A stretch of 61,151 nt of DNA from the NCBI GenBank assembly GCA_944359065.1, contig CALVSP010000003.1:1-61151 (forward strand), in the 5' to 3' direction. Below, piece by piece: positions 28,570 to 39,801 of this stretch; the stretch's first letter is position 1, and every line of letters starts with the position of its first letter. The notes below the pieces were generated by a model. The model ran no database searches. It saw nothing but the letters and a program-made list of their open reading frames with translations, and was not told the origin of the DNA. Source of the DNA: an uncultured Bacilli bacterium. GTDB lineage: Bacteria > Bacillota_I > Bacilli_A > RF39 > UBA660. The position numbers and the translations under genes were made by a program.

Positions 28570-29274
28570 TTATATACATAACGAACTATATTTAAAATTA
28601 TTTTTTAATATGTAAATTTTTGTCGCTAATTTTTTTTCTAATAAAGAAGGTAAATTTTTCTTATTTATTTCAACTATTTTTTTTACTCTTCTTTTGAATG
28701 TTTCTATTTCTAATAATTCTGGATATTCATATAAAATAGCATTTAAACTAGCAAAATAATATTCATTATTTACAAATTCATTTAATGTTTTTTCAAATGT
28801 TTCTTCATCAATTTCATCTATATGGAGAATCAAGAAAAGAAAATCATAACCTAAAGATTTCATTACAAATTTTTTTCTATTTTCAAATTCTTTAGCAGTT
28901 ATTTTTTTACCAGCACAATTAAACCTTTTTGCTATTTCATGCGAATAAAAATCATCAATATTATCAAAGCAACCAATATTTAGTTTTATAATCAAATCAT
29001 TAAATATATCGTAAAAATATTTTTTTGTTTCTTGATCTTCAAATATAGCATTTTCTCTAATATGTGATATTAAAGATTGTATTATATCTATTTTTGTTTT
29101 ATCAACTGTTTTTAAAGCTATAAAATGATCTGTTAAATTGATAAAAACATCTAAAAAAGTTTGATCAAATAAATAAAAATCATAATCACCATGTAAAGCT
29201 TGATAACATATTTCATCGTCATATAAAAGACATTGATAAAATTTAGAATAAAAATATTCATCAAAAGTTTCCAT
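28570..29274 (-). CDS. Hypothetical protein
   Basis: 234-aa ORF coupled to the 3' end of lon; no motif recognised. Confidence 0.7.
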   Translation of the reverse strand: METFDEYFYSKFYQCLLYDDEICYQALHGDYDFYLFDQTFLDVFINLTDHFIALKTVDKTKIDIIQSLISHIRENAIFEDQETKKYFYDIFNDLIIKLNIGCFDNIDDFYSHEIAKRFNCAGKKITAKEFENRKKFVMKSLGYDFLFLILHIDEIDEETFEKTLNEFVNNEYYFASLNAILYEYPELLEIETFKRRVKKIVEINKKNLPSLLEKKLATKIYILKNNFKYSSLCI

Positions 29275-31561
29275 TATTAATCACCTTGTATAATTCTTTA
29301 AAATTCTTTATTTTTATAAATTTAATATTGTCTTTAACCTCTTTGGGTAATTCACTAATATCATTATCAAAAGGGATAAATATTTTTTTTACGCCACTCC
29401 GTAATGCCCCAATAGATTTTTCTTTTAAACCGCCTATTTCTAAGACATGTCCTCTTAAAGTTATTTCTCCTGTCATAGCAATATCGCTAGATATTTTTAA
29501 ATTAGTTAATGCACTTAAAATTGCTAAAGTTAAAGCAATACCAGCACTTGGCCCATCTTTTTTTATAGCTCCTTCAGGAACATGAATATGAATATCATTA
29601 TTAAACATATCATAATTGATATTATAAAATTTATAATTAGCTTTTAAATAACTTAAAGCAATGTTAGCACTTTCTTTCATTACATCGCCTAAACTGCCAG
29701 TTAAAATTAAATTACCTTTACCTTTATAATAATTAACTTCGATTGGTAACACATCACCACCAAATGGTGTGTAAGCAAGCCCATTAACAACACCAACTTG
29801 TTCTTTTGTTTTCTCACTATATTTGTATTTTTCTTTTCCTAAATATTTATTTAAATTTTGCTCATTAATAATTATTTTATTTAATTTTATATTATTTACA
29901 ACAATCTGAGTTACTACTTTTCTTATTATTTTATCTATTTGTCTTTCTAGTTCTCTTACCCCTGCTTCTTTAGTATAATTTCTTATAATTTTTAAAATAG
30001 TATTATCATCAATAAATATAAAATCTTTATTTAAGCCATTTCTTTTAATTATTTTAGGTAATAAATATTTAACAGCAATATCTAATTTTTCATATTCTGT
30101 ATATCCTGATAAATTAATAATTTCTAGTCTATCTTTTAATGGCTCAGGTATATTTTCTATATAATTAGCTGTTAAAATAAATAAAACATTTGATAAATCA
30201 TATTCTTCTTCAATATAATTATCACTAAAATTTTTATTTTGTTCTTTATCTAAAATACTTAATAAACAGCTAGTAGGATCACCCTTATAGTCACTACTCA
30301 TTTTATCTACTTCATCAATCAAAAATAAAGGATTATTTGATTTAGCCTTTTTCATTGAAGAAATAATTCTTCCTGGAATTGCGCCCACATAAGTTCTACG
30401 GTGACCAATTATTTCTGATTCATCTCTTATGCCACCAACTGATATTTGGACAAAATTACGATTTATTGCTTCAGCAATCGATTTAGCTAAAGTTGTTTTA
30501 CCAACTCCCGGAGGACCTACTAAGCAGATAATAGAACCATTATTATTATTGCTCATTTGATTTACCGCCAAATATTCGATAATACGATCTTTTACCTCTT
30601 TTAATCCATAATGTGATGCATCTAAAGATTTTTTTACTTGCCTTAAATTTTTATTGTCATTTGTATATATGTTCCAAGGTAAAGAAAGCAACCATTCAAT
30701 ATAGTCTCTTATAATATTAAGTTCAGGTGACATACTAACACAAGCTTCATATCTTTTTAACTCATAATTTAATTTTTCTTTTATTTTTTTAGGACAATCT
30801 AAATCATTTATTCTTTTTTTCAATTTATCTAAATCATTATCTTTTGAAGAATCTCCTAATTCTTCTTTTAATAATTTCATTTTTTCTCTTAAAAGAAATT
30901 CTTTTTGACTTTCGTCCATTTCTTTTTTTACTTTCATGTCTAAATTTCGTTCAATTTTAAACATTTCTTTTTCTTCATAAATATCTTTTAATATCATTTC
31001 GCCCCTACTAATAGGACTAATCGTATTAAGATATTCTAACATTCTATCTTTATTATTTATTATATTAGGTACAACAATATCAGTAAATTTATCTAAACTT
31101 GTTTCTTTTTCAACAATCGATAAAATACCATTACTTATATAAGGAATATTGTTGACATATGATTTTAATTCTTTTTTCAATTTATTGATTATTATTTCTT
31201 CATTTTCAATTTGTTCTATTTTTATCTCACTAACAATAGATTCCAATGGATCGTTTGATTTAAAATTTAAAAATTCAACTATGTTTAATCTTCTTATTCC
31301 TTTTAAATCTACTCTTGTATTACCATTAGGTAGTTGTAATATATTTTCTAATTTAGATAAAACGCCAATTTTAGTATTTTCATTATATTCACTTACAACC
31401 AATATATAATTATCGTGAAATAATAAAGCCATATCGATAACATTATTATCTAAATTTTTTGAATCAAATTCTAGTTTTAAAGTGTTATGAGGTAGTAACA
31501 CAATTCCATTTAAAAGTATTACTGGTAAGTTGTATTTTTTCAATGTAATCACTTCCTTCAA
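29261..31561 (-). CDS. lon: ATP-dependent Lon protease
   Basis: GPPGVGKT, DEVDK, PEGAIKKDGPSAG, IGGLKEK. Confidence 0.97.
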   Translation of the reverse strand: MKEVITLKKYNLPVILLNGIVLLPHNTLKLEFDSKNLDNNVIDMALLFHDNYILVVSEYNENTKIGVLSKLENILQLPNGNTRVDLKGIRRLNIVEFLNFKSNDPLESIVSEIKIEQIENEEIIINKLKKELKSYVNNIPYISNGILSIVEKETSLDKFTDIVVPNIINNKDRMLEYLNTISPISRGEMILKDIYEEKEMFKIERNLDMKVKKEMDESQKEFLLREKMKLLKEELGDSSKDNDLDKLKKRINDLDCPKKIKEKLNYELKRYEACVSMSPELNIIRDYIEWLLSLPWNIYTNDNKNLRQVKKSLDASHYGLKEVKDRIIEYLAVNQMSNNNNGSIICLVGPPGVGKTTLAKSIAEAINRNFVQISVGGIRDESEIIGHRRTYVGAIPGRIISSMKKAKSNNPLFLIDEVDKMSSDYKGDPTSCLLSILDKEQNKNFSDNYIEEEYDLSNVLFILTANYIENIPEPLKDRLEIINLSGYTEYEKLDIAVKYLLPKIIKRNGLNKDFIFIDDNTILKIIRNYTKEAGVRELERQIDKIIRKVVTQIVVNNIKLNKIIINEQNLNKYLGKEKYKYSEKTKEQVGVVNGLAYTPFGGDVLPIEVNYYKGKGNLILTGSLGDVMKESANIALSYLKANYKFYNINYDMFNNDIHIHVPEGAIKKDGPSAGIALTLAILSALTNLKISSDIAMTGEITLRGHVLEIGGLKEKSIGALRSGVKKIFIPFDNDISELPKEVKDNIKFIKIKNFKELYKVINNGNF

Positions 31562-31592
31562 AACTGATTATTATTATAACACAGAAAAAGAA

Positions 31593-32432
31593 TTATTCAT
31601 CCAATAATTCTTCTAAATTGACAATATTTAAATCTTTAGAATTTATATACTCAATAATTAAAGGTAATTCATTAATTGTAGTGTCATTTATTTTTAAAGA
31701 TATAATACTTCCTTTTTCTAAATTTTGTTTAATTGTTATTAAAGGATTATTTTTTACTACTATATTAGGCATTATGGTATAACTATTATTATTTTTACAA
31801 ATTTTTAATATTTCTTCATTTTCTTCTTCGGTATAACAATAAGTATATTTTTGATTACCAATTTTTGTTACAATAGTATTCATCCAACTTATTCCATTAA
31901 CATTGTAACTATAACTATATCCTAAATTACCTATCGTATGTCCATCTTCGATCAAATCAATTATTTTTTCATTATTATTTTCAAACCAATTACCATCTGT
32001 ATAAAAAGTAGCTTTTATTTCATAATTGTTTAATATATTTAATATTTTATCAATGTTATCATTTTGTTCTACTAAAAGCAATAAACTTACTTCATTTTTA
32101 TTACTTTTAATAATATATTTATCATAATAATCTAAAACACTTATTTCTGGTTTAATACTTTCATAAACTAATAAATTAGTATTAAATTCATCAATTTTTT
32201 TCATTTTTTTATAGCTTTCTTTAACATCTATTTTACTACCAGAAATTCCTGCAATTATCGTATTATCTTTGATGATTGCATTAATCGGTTCGACTATATA
32301 TTGATTTTCTATATCTTCTATCTGTTTTAACAAATCATCATTTTCTTTTATTACTGTCGTTATTTTATTTGTATAAGCAAAAGTAAATAAAATTAATGTT
32401 ACAAAACCAATAATTTGAAATATTTTTTTCAT
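31593..32432 (-). CDS. Degenerate polysaccharide deacetylase (YlxY/PdaB-like sporulation family)
   Basis: KATFY, GHTIGNLGY, GSIISL; lacks the TFDDG and HxxxH catalytic motifs; CATATATT -10 upstream. Confidence 0.7.
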   Translation of the reverse strand: MKKIFQIIGFVTLILFTFAYTNKITTVIKENDDLLKQIEDIENQYIVEPINAIIKDNTIIAGISGSKIDVKESYKKMKKIDEFNTNLLVYESIKPEISVLDYYDKYIIKSNKNEVSLLLLVEQNDNIDKILNILNNYEIKATFYTDGNWFENNNEKIIDLIEDGHTIGNLGYSYSYNVNGISWMNTIVTKIGNQKYTYCYTEEENEEILKICKNNNSYTIMPNIVVKNNPLITIKQNLEKGSIISLKINDTTINELPLIIEYINSKDLNIVNLEELLDE

Positions 32433-32510
32433 AAATTCACCTAATTAAATATATGAAACATTTCACTTTTTTTTCAATATTTCATAATATAAGTTGAAAG
32501 GAGTTTTATT

Positions 32511-32717
32511 ATGTATCCAAATTATCAAAATTTTAATCAATATAAGCCTAATCAACAATATCCTAATGATGAAAGATTTATTGGCGGTTTTGCTTTCCCA
32601 TTTTTATTAGGTGGCGTTACCGGAGCTGCTTTAGCACCAAATTTTTGGCGTCCACCATATAATCGTCCGCCATATCCATATCCACCATATCCATACTATG
32701 GACCATATTATAGATAA
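32511..32717 (+). CDS. Pro/Tyr-rich spore-coat-like protein
   Basis: ERFIGGFAFPFLLGG...PPYPYPPYPYY; sigmaK-type CAC-N16-CATAATAT at 32464-32490; AAAGGAG SD. Confidence 0.75.
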   Translation: MYPNYQNFNQYKPNQQYPNDERFIGGFAFPFLLGGVTGAALAPNFWRPPYNRPPYPYPPYPYYGPYYR

Positions 32718-32738
32718 AAAATAGTAGATTAATTTCTA

Positions 32739-34292
32739 CTATTTTGCTTCTTCTTGAGCTCTTGTTTCTCTAATTACAATAACTTTTATTGTACCAGGAT
32801 ATTGTAATGTTTCTTCAATTTTATTTTTAATATCACGAGCTACTTTATAACTTGCAGCATCATCTATCTTATCTGGTTTAACGATTACTCTTAATTCTCT
32901 ACCAGCTTGCATTGCATAAGATTTTTCAACACCAGGTATTTCATTACCGATACTCTCTAATTCTTGTAATCTTTGAACATAGTTTTCTAATGAATCATTT
33001 CTAGCACCAGGTCTTGAAGCAGATAAGGCATCAGCAATGGCAACTAAAACTGATATTACATTATCAGCATCTTTATCGCCATGGTGAGATTCAATAGCAT
33101 TAATAACAACATCATTTTCTTGATATTTTTTAGCTAAAGATGCACCTAAATCAACGTGTGATCCTTCAACCTCGTGATCAATAGATTTACCAATATCGTG
33201 AAGTAATCCCGCTCTTTTAGCTAAAGCCACATTTTCACCTAACTCACCAGCCATAATACCAGCTAGATGAGCAACTTCAATTGAATGTCTTAAAGCATTT
33301 TGTCCAAAACTTGTTCTAAAATGTAATTTACCTAACAATTCTTGTAATTCTGGATCTACTTTAGTTATTCCTAATTCAAATAATGCTTCTTCACCATATT
33401 CTAATAATTTTAACTTCATTTCTTTTACTGTTTTATCATATATTTCTTCAATTCTACCAGGATGAATTCTGCCATCTTTAATTAAAGCTTCAATTGCTAC
33501 TCTAGCAATTTCTCTACGATATGGATCAAAACTTGATAAAACTATTGCTTCTGGAGTATCGTCAATTATCAAATCAACACCAGTAACCGCTTCAATTGAT
33601 CGAATATTTCTTCCTTCTCTACCTATTAATCTACCTTTCATATCATCATTAGGTAAATTAACGACCGTAACAGTTTGGTCACTAGCTACATCACCAGCAT
33701 ACTTTTGCATAGTTGATACCAATAGACTTTTTGCTTTTTTATCAACTTCTAATTTTGCTTCTACTTCCCTATCTTTAATGTAAGCTGCTATTTCTAAATT
33801 CATCATTTCTTCAACTTTTTTAAGAACTAAATCTCTTGCCTCATTTTTAGAATAGCCAGCTATTTTTTCTAGTAATTCCACTTGTTGTTTTTTAATATCC
33901 TCCACTTTATCTTGTTCTTTTTGAATTTCTCTTTGTTTATTTACTAAATTATTTTCTCTTTCTTCTAACATCTGTTCTCTATTTTGTAATGTTTGATCTC
34001 TTTTATCAATATTACTTTCTCTTAAAAGTAATCTATCTTCAGATTCTTTTATTTCATTTTTCTTTTCTTTTATTTCTTTTTCAGTTTCTATTTTTAATTT
34101 ATGTGCTTCTTCTTTAGCATCTAATAAATAATTTCTTTTAATTTTATCAGCTTCTTTATTAGCTTTATCTATAATAGATTCTGCTTTCTTACCTGATAAA
34201 TTATTTTTGACATAATTTAGTACAATCATTATTATGATTCCGACAAAAAGTCCTATCATTACCAATAAAATGGAGAGTATAATATCATTCAT
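32739..34292 (-). CDS. rny: Ribonuclease Y
   Basis: TM, coiled coil, KH ([13 protein letters not shown]), HD (LLHDIGK), SASRPGAR. Confidence 0.98.
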   Translation of the reverse strand: MNDIILSILLVMIGLFVGIIIMIVLNYVKNNLSGKKAESIIDKANKEADKIKRNYLLDAKEEAHKLKIETEKEIKEKKNEIKESEDRLLLRESNIDKRDQTLQNREQMLEERENNLVNKQREIQKEQDKVEDIKKQQVELLEKIAGYSKNEARDLVLKKVEEMMNLEIAAYIKDREVEAKLEVDKKAKSLLVSTMQKYAGDVASDQTVTVVNLPNDDMKGRLIGREGRNIRSIEAVTGVDLIIDDTPEAIVLSSFDPYRREIARVAIEALIKDGRIHPGRIEEIYDKTVKEMKLKLLEYGEEALFELGITKVDPELQELLGKLHFRTSFGQNALRHSIEVAHLAGIMAGELGENVALAKRAGLLHDIGKSIDHEVEGSHVDLGASLAKKYQENDVVINAIESHHGDKDADNVISVLVAIADALSASRPGARNDSLENYVQRLQELESIGNEIPGVEKSYAMQAGRELRVIVKPDKIDDAASYKVARDIKNKIEETLQYPGTIKVIVIRETRAQEEAK

Positions 34293-34430
34293 ATATTACC
34301 TCCACTTTCTATTAGAGCTTTACACTCTATTATTATTTTATAATTTTAACAATAATAAGTCAAGAAAATGTAGATTTTTTTAAAAAAATATTATATAATT
34401 ATTAAAGAATAAAAGAAGGGTTGATAGAAT

Positions 34431-36176
34431 ATGTTAGGAAAAATCATTTATATAAGTAATAATATTGCCCATGTTCAAGTACCTAGTAATGTTAAAATAC
34501 CAACTAGTTTAATGAATATGCATGTTATATTTGAAGATCCAAATAAAAAAGTTTTAGGTGAAATAGATGATATCAGTGAAAATTTAATTAAAATTAGATT
34601 TTTAGGCGAAATTGTCAATAATGTCTTTGTTGGTGGGGTTATAAGAAAACCTACTATGGAAGCCAATGTAAGAATGATTAATGCTCAAGAATTAAAAATA
34701 ATTGTTGGCGAAAATAGTAAAGAAAATTTCATGTTAGGAACAAGTGCTTTATATGATAATTATCCAATAATGGTAAATATCAATGACTTATTTTCTAATC
34801 ATATGGCGATTTTTGGTAATAGTGGTTCTGGTAAATCTTGTGGTGTAGCGAGATTATTACAAAATGTATTTACTAATCCTAATTTTAAACCATATAAAGC
34901 TAATATTTTTATATTTGATGCTTATGGAGAATATCACAACGCTTTTACTAACTTTAGTCAAATAAATCCTAATTATCAATTTAAATATTATACAACCAAC
35001 AAGCAAGATACAAATGGACAACCATTACAAGTCCCTCTTTGGTTATTAGACAATGATGATTTTGCTATTTTATTAAGTGCGGATGATCATTCCCAATTAC
35101 CTATAATCGAAAGAATGATTAAATTAGTTAGAATATTTTCTTCTAGTGATGAAATGTCTTTAAAATATAAAAACCATTTAATAGCTAAAGCTATTATGAC
35201 TATTTTATACACCAATCAAAGTGCTAGTAGTAAAAGAAATGATGTTTTCGCTATATTTAACTCTTGTTCAACGCCACAATTTAATCCGGAAGCAGTTGTT
35301 CAAGGTGTTGGTTATACAAGAAAATTTAGAGAATGTTTTTTAATAAATGACCAAGATAATTTTTCAGAAAGTGTTTTATTGTCAGAATACGTATCAAGTT
35401 TTATCGATGAAAGCTTAGATCAATATGAAGAAGAAAAAATTAATTATTTTACTTTAGAGGATTTAGAAAAAGCTTTAAACTTTACTTTAATATCTGAAGG
35501 ATTATTAAGAAACGAAAAAGCTTATAGTGGAGCGATTGCTTTAAAAGTTAGATTACATTCTATTTTAATTAGTGAATATTCAAGATATTTTGCTGTTCCT
35601 CAATATATGACTAGAGATCAATTTATTGCAAGTTTGATTAGTAAAAATAATCGTAAGGCTCAAATCGTTAACTTTAACTTAGAAGATGTTGAAGATTGGT
35701 TTGCTAAATTTGTAACTAAAGCTTATACAAAATTATTGTTTAATTATGTTAAAGGTATGAGTAATCGAGCAACTATACCATTTCATATATTCTTAGAAGA
35801 AGCTCATAGATACGTTCAAAAAGATAATGATACCTTCTTAATTGGTTATAATATATTTGATAGAGTTGCTAAAGAAGGAAGAAAATATGGTCTTATATTA
35901 GATTTAATTTCTCAAAGACCTGTTGAATTATCAGATACAGTTATATCACAGATGGCTAATTTCTTGATATTTAAAATTACTCACCCATTAGATGTAGAAT
36001 ATATTCAAAAAATGTTACCTAATATCAGTCTAGATATAGTTGAAAAACAAAAAAGCTTACAACCAGGTACATGTATGGCCTTTGGTCGAGCATTTAAAAT
36101 TCCTATGATTGTTAGAATGCAAATGCCTAATCCAATGCCAGAAAGCAGTAACTGTAATATTTTAGGAACATGGTAA
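34431..36176 (+). CDS. HerA/FtsK-family ATPase (DUF87), no partner nuclease adjacent
   Basis: HAS-barrel-like N-terminus, GNSGSGKS, IFLEEAHRY, KEGRKYG, SQRP. Confidence 0.9.
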   Translation: MLGKIIYISNNIAHVQVPSNVKIPTSLMNMHVIFEDPNKKVLGEIDDISENLIKIRFLGEIVNNVFVGGVIRKPTMEANVRMINAQELKIIVGENSKENFMLGTSALYDNYPIMVNINDLFSNHMAIFGNSGSGKSCGVARLLQNVFTNPNFKPYKANIFIFDAYGEYHNAFTNFSQINPNYQFKYYTTNKQDTNGQPLQVPLWLLDNDDFAILLSADDHSQLPIIERMIKLVRIFSSSDEMSLKYKNHLIAKAIMTILYTNQSASSKRNDVFAIFNSCSTPQFNPEAVVQGVGYTRKFRECFLINDQDNFSESVLLSEYVSSFIDESLDQYEEEKINYFTLEDLEKALNFTLISEGLLRNEKAYSGAIALKVRLHSILISEYSRYFAVPQYMTRDQFIASLISKNNRKAQIVNFNLEDVEDWFAKFVTKAYTKLLFNYVKGMSNRATIPFHIFLEEAHRYVQKDNDTFLIGYNIFDRVAKEGRKYGLILDLISQRPVELSDTVISQMANFLIFKITHPLDVEYIQKMLPNISLDIVEKQKSLQPGTCMAFGRAFKIPMIVRMQMPNPMPESSNCNILGTW

Positions 36177-36200
36177 AAGAACATCAATCGATGTTCTTTT
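36175..36200. terminator. Bidirectional terminator overlapping the recA 3' end
   Basis: AAAAGAACATC-AATC-GATGTTCTTTT. Confidence 0.7.
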
Positions 36201-37185
36201 TTAATCCATAATGAATTCTTACTTTATCTTCAATTTCATTACATAATTGTTTATTTTTCTTTAACATTTCTTTGACATTTTCTTTACCTTGACCAATTTT
36301 TTCACCATTATACGAATACCAAGCACCACTTTTCTCAATTATATTGGCTTCACTAGCTAAATCGACTAATTCTCCTTCGTGAGAAACACCTTCACCATAC
36401 ATGATGTCAACAGTACAAGATTTAAAAGGTGGAGCCATTTTATTTTTAACTACTTTAATAGTTGTTTTATTTCCAACAATATCAGTACCTAATTTTAATT
36501 GTTCGGCTCTTCTTATTTCTAATCTAATTGAAGAATAAAATTTTAAAGCTCTACCACCTGGTGTTACTTCTGGATTACCAAACATAACCCCTACTTTTTC
36601 TCTTAATTGATTAATAAATATTGCAACAGTATTAGTTTTATTAATTACACCAGCTAATTTACGCAAAGCTTGACTCATTAATCTTGCTTGTAAGCCAACA
36701 TGAGAATCACCCATTTCGCCTTCTATTTCAGCTTGGGGAACTAAGGCTGCTACAGAATCAATAACAATGACACTAATAGCGCCACTTCTTACTAAAGCTT
36801 CACATATTTCCAAAGCTTGTTCTCCATTATCTGGTTGTGATAATAACAATTCATCTATATTAACGCCTAATTTTTGAGCATATTGTGGATCTAATGAATT
36901 TTCCGCATCAATAAAGGCTACTCTACCACCTAATTTTTGAGCTTCTGCTATTGCATGTAAAGCAAAAGTCGTTTTACCACTTGATTCTGGCCCATATATT
37001 TCAATTATTCTACCTTTAGGATATCCACCTATTCCTAATATCATATCTAAAGCTATTGAGCCACTTGGTATAACATCTATTTGTCTAAATTCATTTGATC
37101 CTAATTTCATAACAGATCCTTTGCCAAATTGTTTTTCAATATCTTGTAAAACTTGATCTAATGTTTTATCATTACTTTTTGTCAT
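36184..37185 (-). CDS. recA: Recombinase A
   Basis: [27 protein letters not shown]. Confidence 0.99.
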   Translation of the reverse strand: MTKSNDKTLDQVLQDIEKQFGKGSVMKLGSNEFRQIDVIPSGSIALDMILGIGGYPKGRIIEIYGPESSGKTTFALHAIAEAQKLGGRVAFIDAENSLDPQYAQKLGVNIDELLLSQPDNGEQALEICEALVRSGAISVIVIDSVAALVPQAEIEGEMGDSHVGLQARLMSQALRKLAGVINKTNTVAIFINQLREKVGVMFGNPEVTPGGRALKFYSSIRLEIRRAEQLKLGTDIVGNKTTIKVVKNKMAPPFKSCTVDIMYGEGVSHEGELVDLASEANIIEKSGAWYSYNGEKIGQGKENVKEMLKKNKQLCNEIEDKVRIHYGLKKNID

Positions 37186-37217
37186 ATTTCCTCCTAATTT
37201 TAACTCCTACGATATTA

Positions 37218-37268
37218 ATTATATACTAAAAATAATTGATTGTCAATACAAAATCGAATATTTGTTCG
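37218..37268 (-). promoter_or_regulatory. recA sigmaA promoter with upstream LexA SOS (Cheo) box
   Basis: TTGACA-17-TATAAT (37246-37218); CGAACAAATATTCG at 37255-37268. Confidence 0.85.
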
Positions 37269-37300
37269 TTTTTGTATTTAATAAAAAACAAGACTAAATT

Positions 37301-39151
37301 TTATCTTGTTTTTTGATAATCATTTTCGCCAATATAAACTTTGTTACCATTATCATCAATATAATATGGTTGATTTACAATGGTATTTCCAAAATCGATT
37401 TCATCTTCTGGAACATAAATATGATTACCATTGTCATCAATGTAGTAATAATCATCACCAGGTTCTTGATATACAATCTGATTTCTATTTATAACAACGC
37501 CATTAAGATTTCTATCCCAATTTATTTCGGCATTAAATAAATTTGATATTGCACGAGCTGGTAAATATGTTGTTCCATTAAATATAAAGACATCGACAAC
37601 TTCACCATTTATATTAGTTGGAACAAATAAATTGCCATTAAAGTATATTTTTACACCTTTTCTTCCCGTTAATGTTTTTTCTATTAATTGATTTTCTGGA
37701 ATTTTATTAGTATCAGGTATTTCAGGATATTGATTTACATAAACTTTGTTACCATTTTCATCATAATAATATACTAAATCATTTTCTTTTGAAGTCATAT
37801 AAACACTGCCATTTTTCCATTCAATATCAGTGTTAAAAACTTTTGAAATTGCACGGGCTGGTAAATATGTTGTTCCATTATACAAGAATGGTTCTACAAC
37901 ATTGCCATTTACATCAGTTGGTTCATACAATTTACCATCAACATAAATATTTAATCCAGTTGAAGCTTTTATTTGAACATTAGTAAGAACGCTAACAGCT
38001 GATTGTAAATCTGATGTCTTAATATAACCTTTATCAATAGTTAAATATAATTCATTACCATCTTGATAATACACAAATCCATCTTCTTCTTTAAATCTCA
38101 CTGGATTATTGTTTTTTTGGTAATTTATATAATTTCGGTAATTTATTGAATTTTTTTCATATACTTTTGAAACTAATAATTCTTGTTTATAATTTAAATA
38201 ATCATTTAAAGCTTTTTTTATTCCACTATATGATTTATATTTTTCATTAATAGTTTGACTAACTAAATTAGTATCGCCATATACTGATAAGAATATATCT
38301 TCTTCAGTTTGATTTCTATTTTTCGTATAATTTCCTTTATCTAAACTATTTTCTAATTTTGAATAAAATATATATACATCACCAATAGCTTGATCATACA
38401 TTTTCAAATCTGTTTGATTAATAATTCCAGTTAAGTAAGTCGTTTTAAAATTTGGTTTTGAATTATTAAATTCAACTTCCAAATTTGGAATTATTACTAA
38501 TTTTTTTGTATTAGTTAATTTTGAATCATCTATAGTTATAATCTTTGTTTCACCATTTTTTTTATTTGAAACTTTTATATTTATTATATTACTTGTAACA
38601 TTATAAAGGTTACAATCATTATTGTTAGCAAAATCATTCAAATTTTTTGTAGAAATTCCAGTTACATCATGAAAAACAAATTTTGCTTCTTCAACTTTTG
38701 ATTGAAAATATGTTGTTACAATATTTCGTTCTGATTGTGAAAATGAATTTATTTTATCAGATACACTATATGCTATTTGATTTATATATGCAATAAGTCT
38801 AATCGTACTATTTTCGCTACTTTTTGTATGATTAACATAATAAGCACCATTAGCTATTGCATCATAAATATTAGAAAATGAATTATCTATAAAAGATATT
38901 ACATTATTAATCTTTTTTGCTTGACTTTCAGTTACATATCCAGAACTAAAGTTAGATTCTGTTGCATATTCATTACCATTTTCATAAGTAATTTCAACTT
39001 TTGGAAAAGTAACATTAGCAGCCTCTGCTTTAGATGTCCCAGCTCCAACAACAAATGTAGTTGCTAAGGCGAATGGCAACATTTTGGTTAAAACCATTTT
39101 TTTTGTATTTTTCAAAGTTTGTTTAATTTTTTCAATATTAATATTATTCAT
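37301..39151 (-). CDS. Secreted/surface protein with two copper-amine-oxidase N-terminal-like (stalk) repeats and YY.DDNGN repeats
   Basis: Signal ending AEA-A; two NGTTYLPARAIS..F...I.W repeats; three YYxD[DE]NGN[KH][VI]Y motifs. Confidence 0.8.
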   Translation of the reverse strand: MNNINIEKIKQTLKNTKKMVLTKMLPFALATTFVVGAGTSKAEAANVTFPKVEITYENGNEYATESNFSSGYVTESQAKKINNVISFIDNSFSNIYDAIANGAYYVNHTKSSENSTIRLIAYINQIAYSVSDKINSFSQSERNIVTTYFQSKVEEAKFVFHDVTGISTKNLNDFANNNDCNLYNVTSNIINIKVSNKKNGETKIITIDDSKLTNTKKLVIIPNLEVEFNNSKPNFKTTYLTGIINQTDLKMYDQAIGDVYIFYSKLENSLDKGNYTKNRNQTEEDIFLSVYGDTNLVSQTINEKYKSYSGIKKALNDYLNYKQELLVSKVYEKNSINYRNYINYQKNNNPVRFKEEDGFVYYQDGNELYLTIDKGYIKTSDLQSAVSVLTNVQIKASTGLNIYVDGKLYEPTDVNGNVVEPFLYNGTTYLPARAISKVFNTDIEWKNGSVYMTSKENDLVYYYDENGNKVYVNQYPEIPDTNKIPENQLIEKTLTGRKGVKIYFNGNLFVPTNINGEVVDVFIFNGTTYLPARAISNLFNAEINWDRNLNGVVINRNQIVYQEPGDDYYYIDDNGNHIYVPEDEIDFGNTIVNQPYYIDDNGNKVYIGENDYQKTR

Positions 39152-39213
39152 AATTTTTCCCCCTTTAATAATATTTGGCTGTTATAATACCATTAAATTA
39201 TTATTTTGTCAAA

Positions 39214-39801
39214 TTAACTTATTATATCTTTATTAATTTGATAATATTGTAATCCTGAATAAACACTTAAAACAGTAGCAATTATTAACAATACATCTGA
39301 TACCTTAATATTAATTAATTCAAATGGTAAATTGTTAAATAAAGTTAAGATAATACCTAACATTAAAACAATCGTTTTTATCTTACCTGATTTAATAGCA
39401 GCAACTACTTCTTTTTTACTGCCAACAATCATTTTAATTATATCAACTGCAGTATCGCGAGCAACGACAATAACTGGTATAATTGGATGAATTAATCCTT
39501 GACTTGCTAAAATAATTAGTACTGAATTAACTAAAAACTTATCTGCTATAGCATCTAACATTTTACCTAAATCAGTAATCATATTATATTTTCTAGCAAT
39601 TCTACCATCTAAAAAATCTGTAATAGAGGCTAAAATAAATAATCCACCAGCAATAAAATATTTTATATCGACAACTATTAATTCGTTAATAAATAGTTTA
39701 GTTGCTGTTAAACCTACAGCATCAAAAGGAAATAATAAAATTATTATTATTAATAATGTTAAAAAAATTCTTAAAGTCGTTATTTTATTTGGTAAGTTCA
39801 T
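39214..39801 (-). CDS. pgsA: CDP-diacylglycerol--glycerol-3-phosphate phosphatidyltransferase
   Basis: MNLPNKITTLR, TDFLDGRIARK, GKMLDAIADK. Confidence 0.96.
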   Translation of the reverse strand: MNLPNKITTLRIFLTLLIIIILLFPFDAVGLTATKLFINELIVVDIKYFIAGGLFILASITDFLDGRIARKYNMITDLGKMLDAIADKFLVNSVLIILASQGLIHPIIPVIVVARDTAVDIIKMIVGSKKEVVAAIKSGKIKTIVLMLGIILTLFNNLPFELINIKVSDVLLIIATVLSVYSGLQYYQINKDIIS

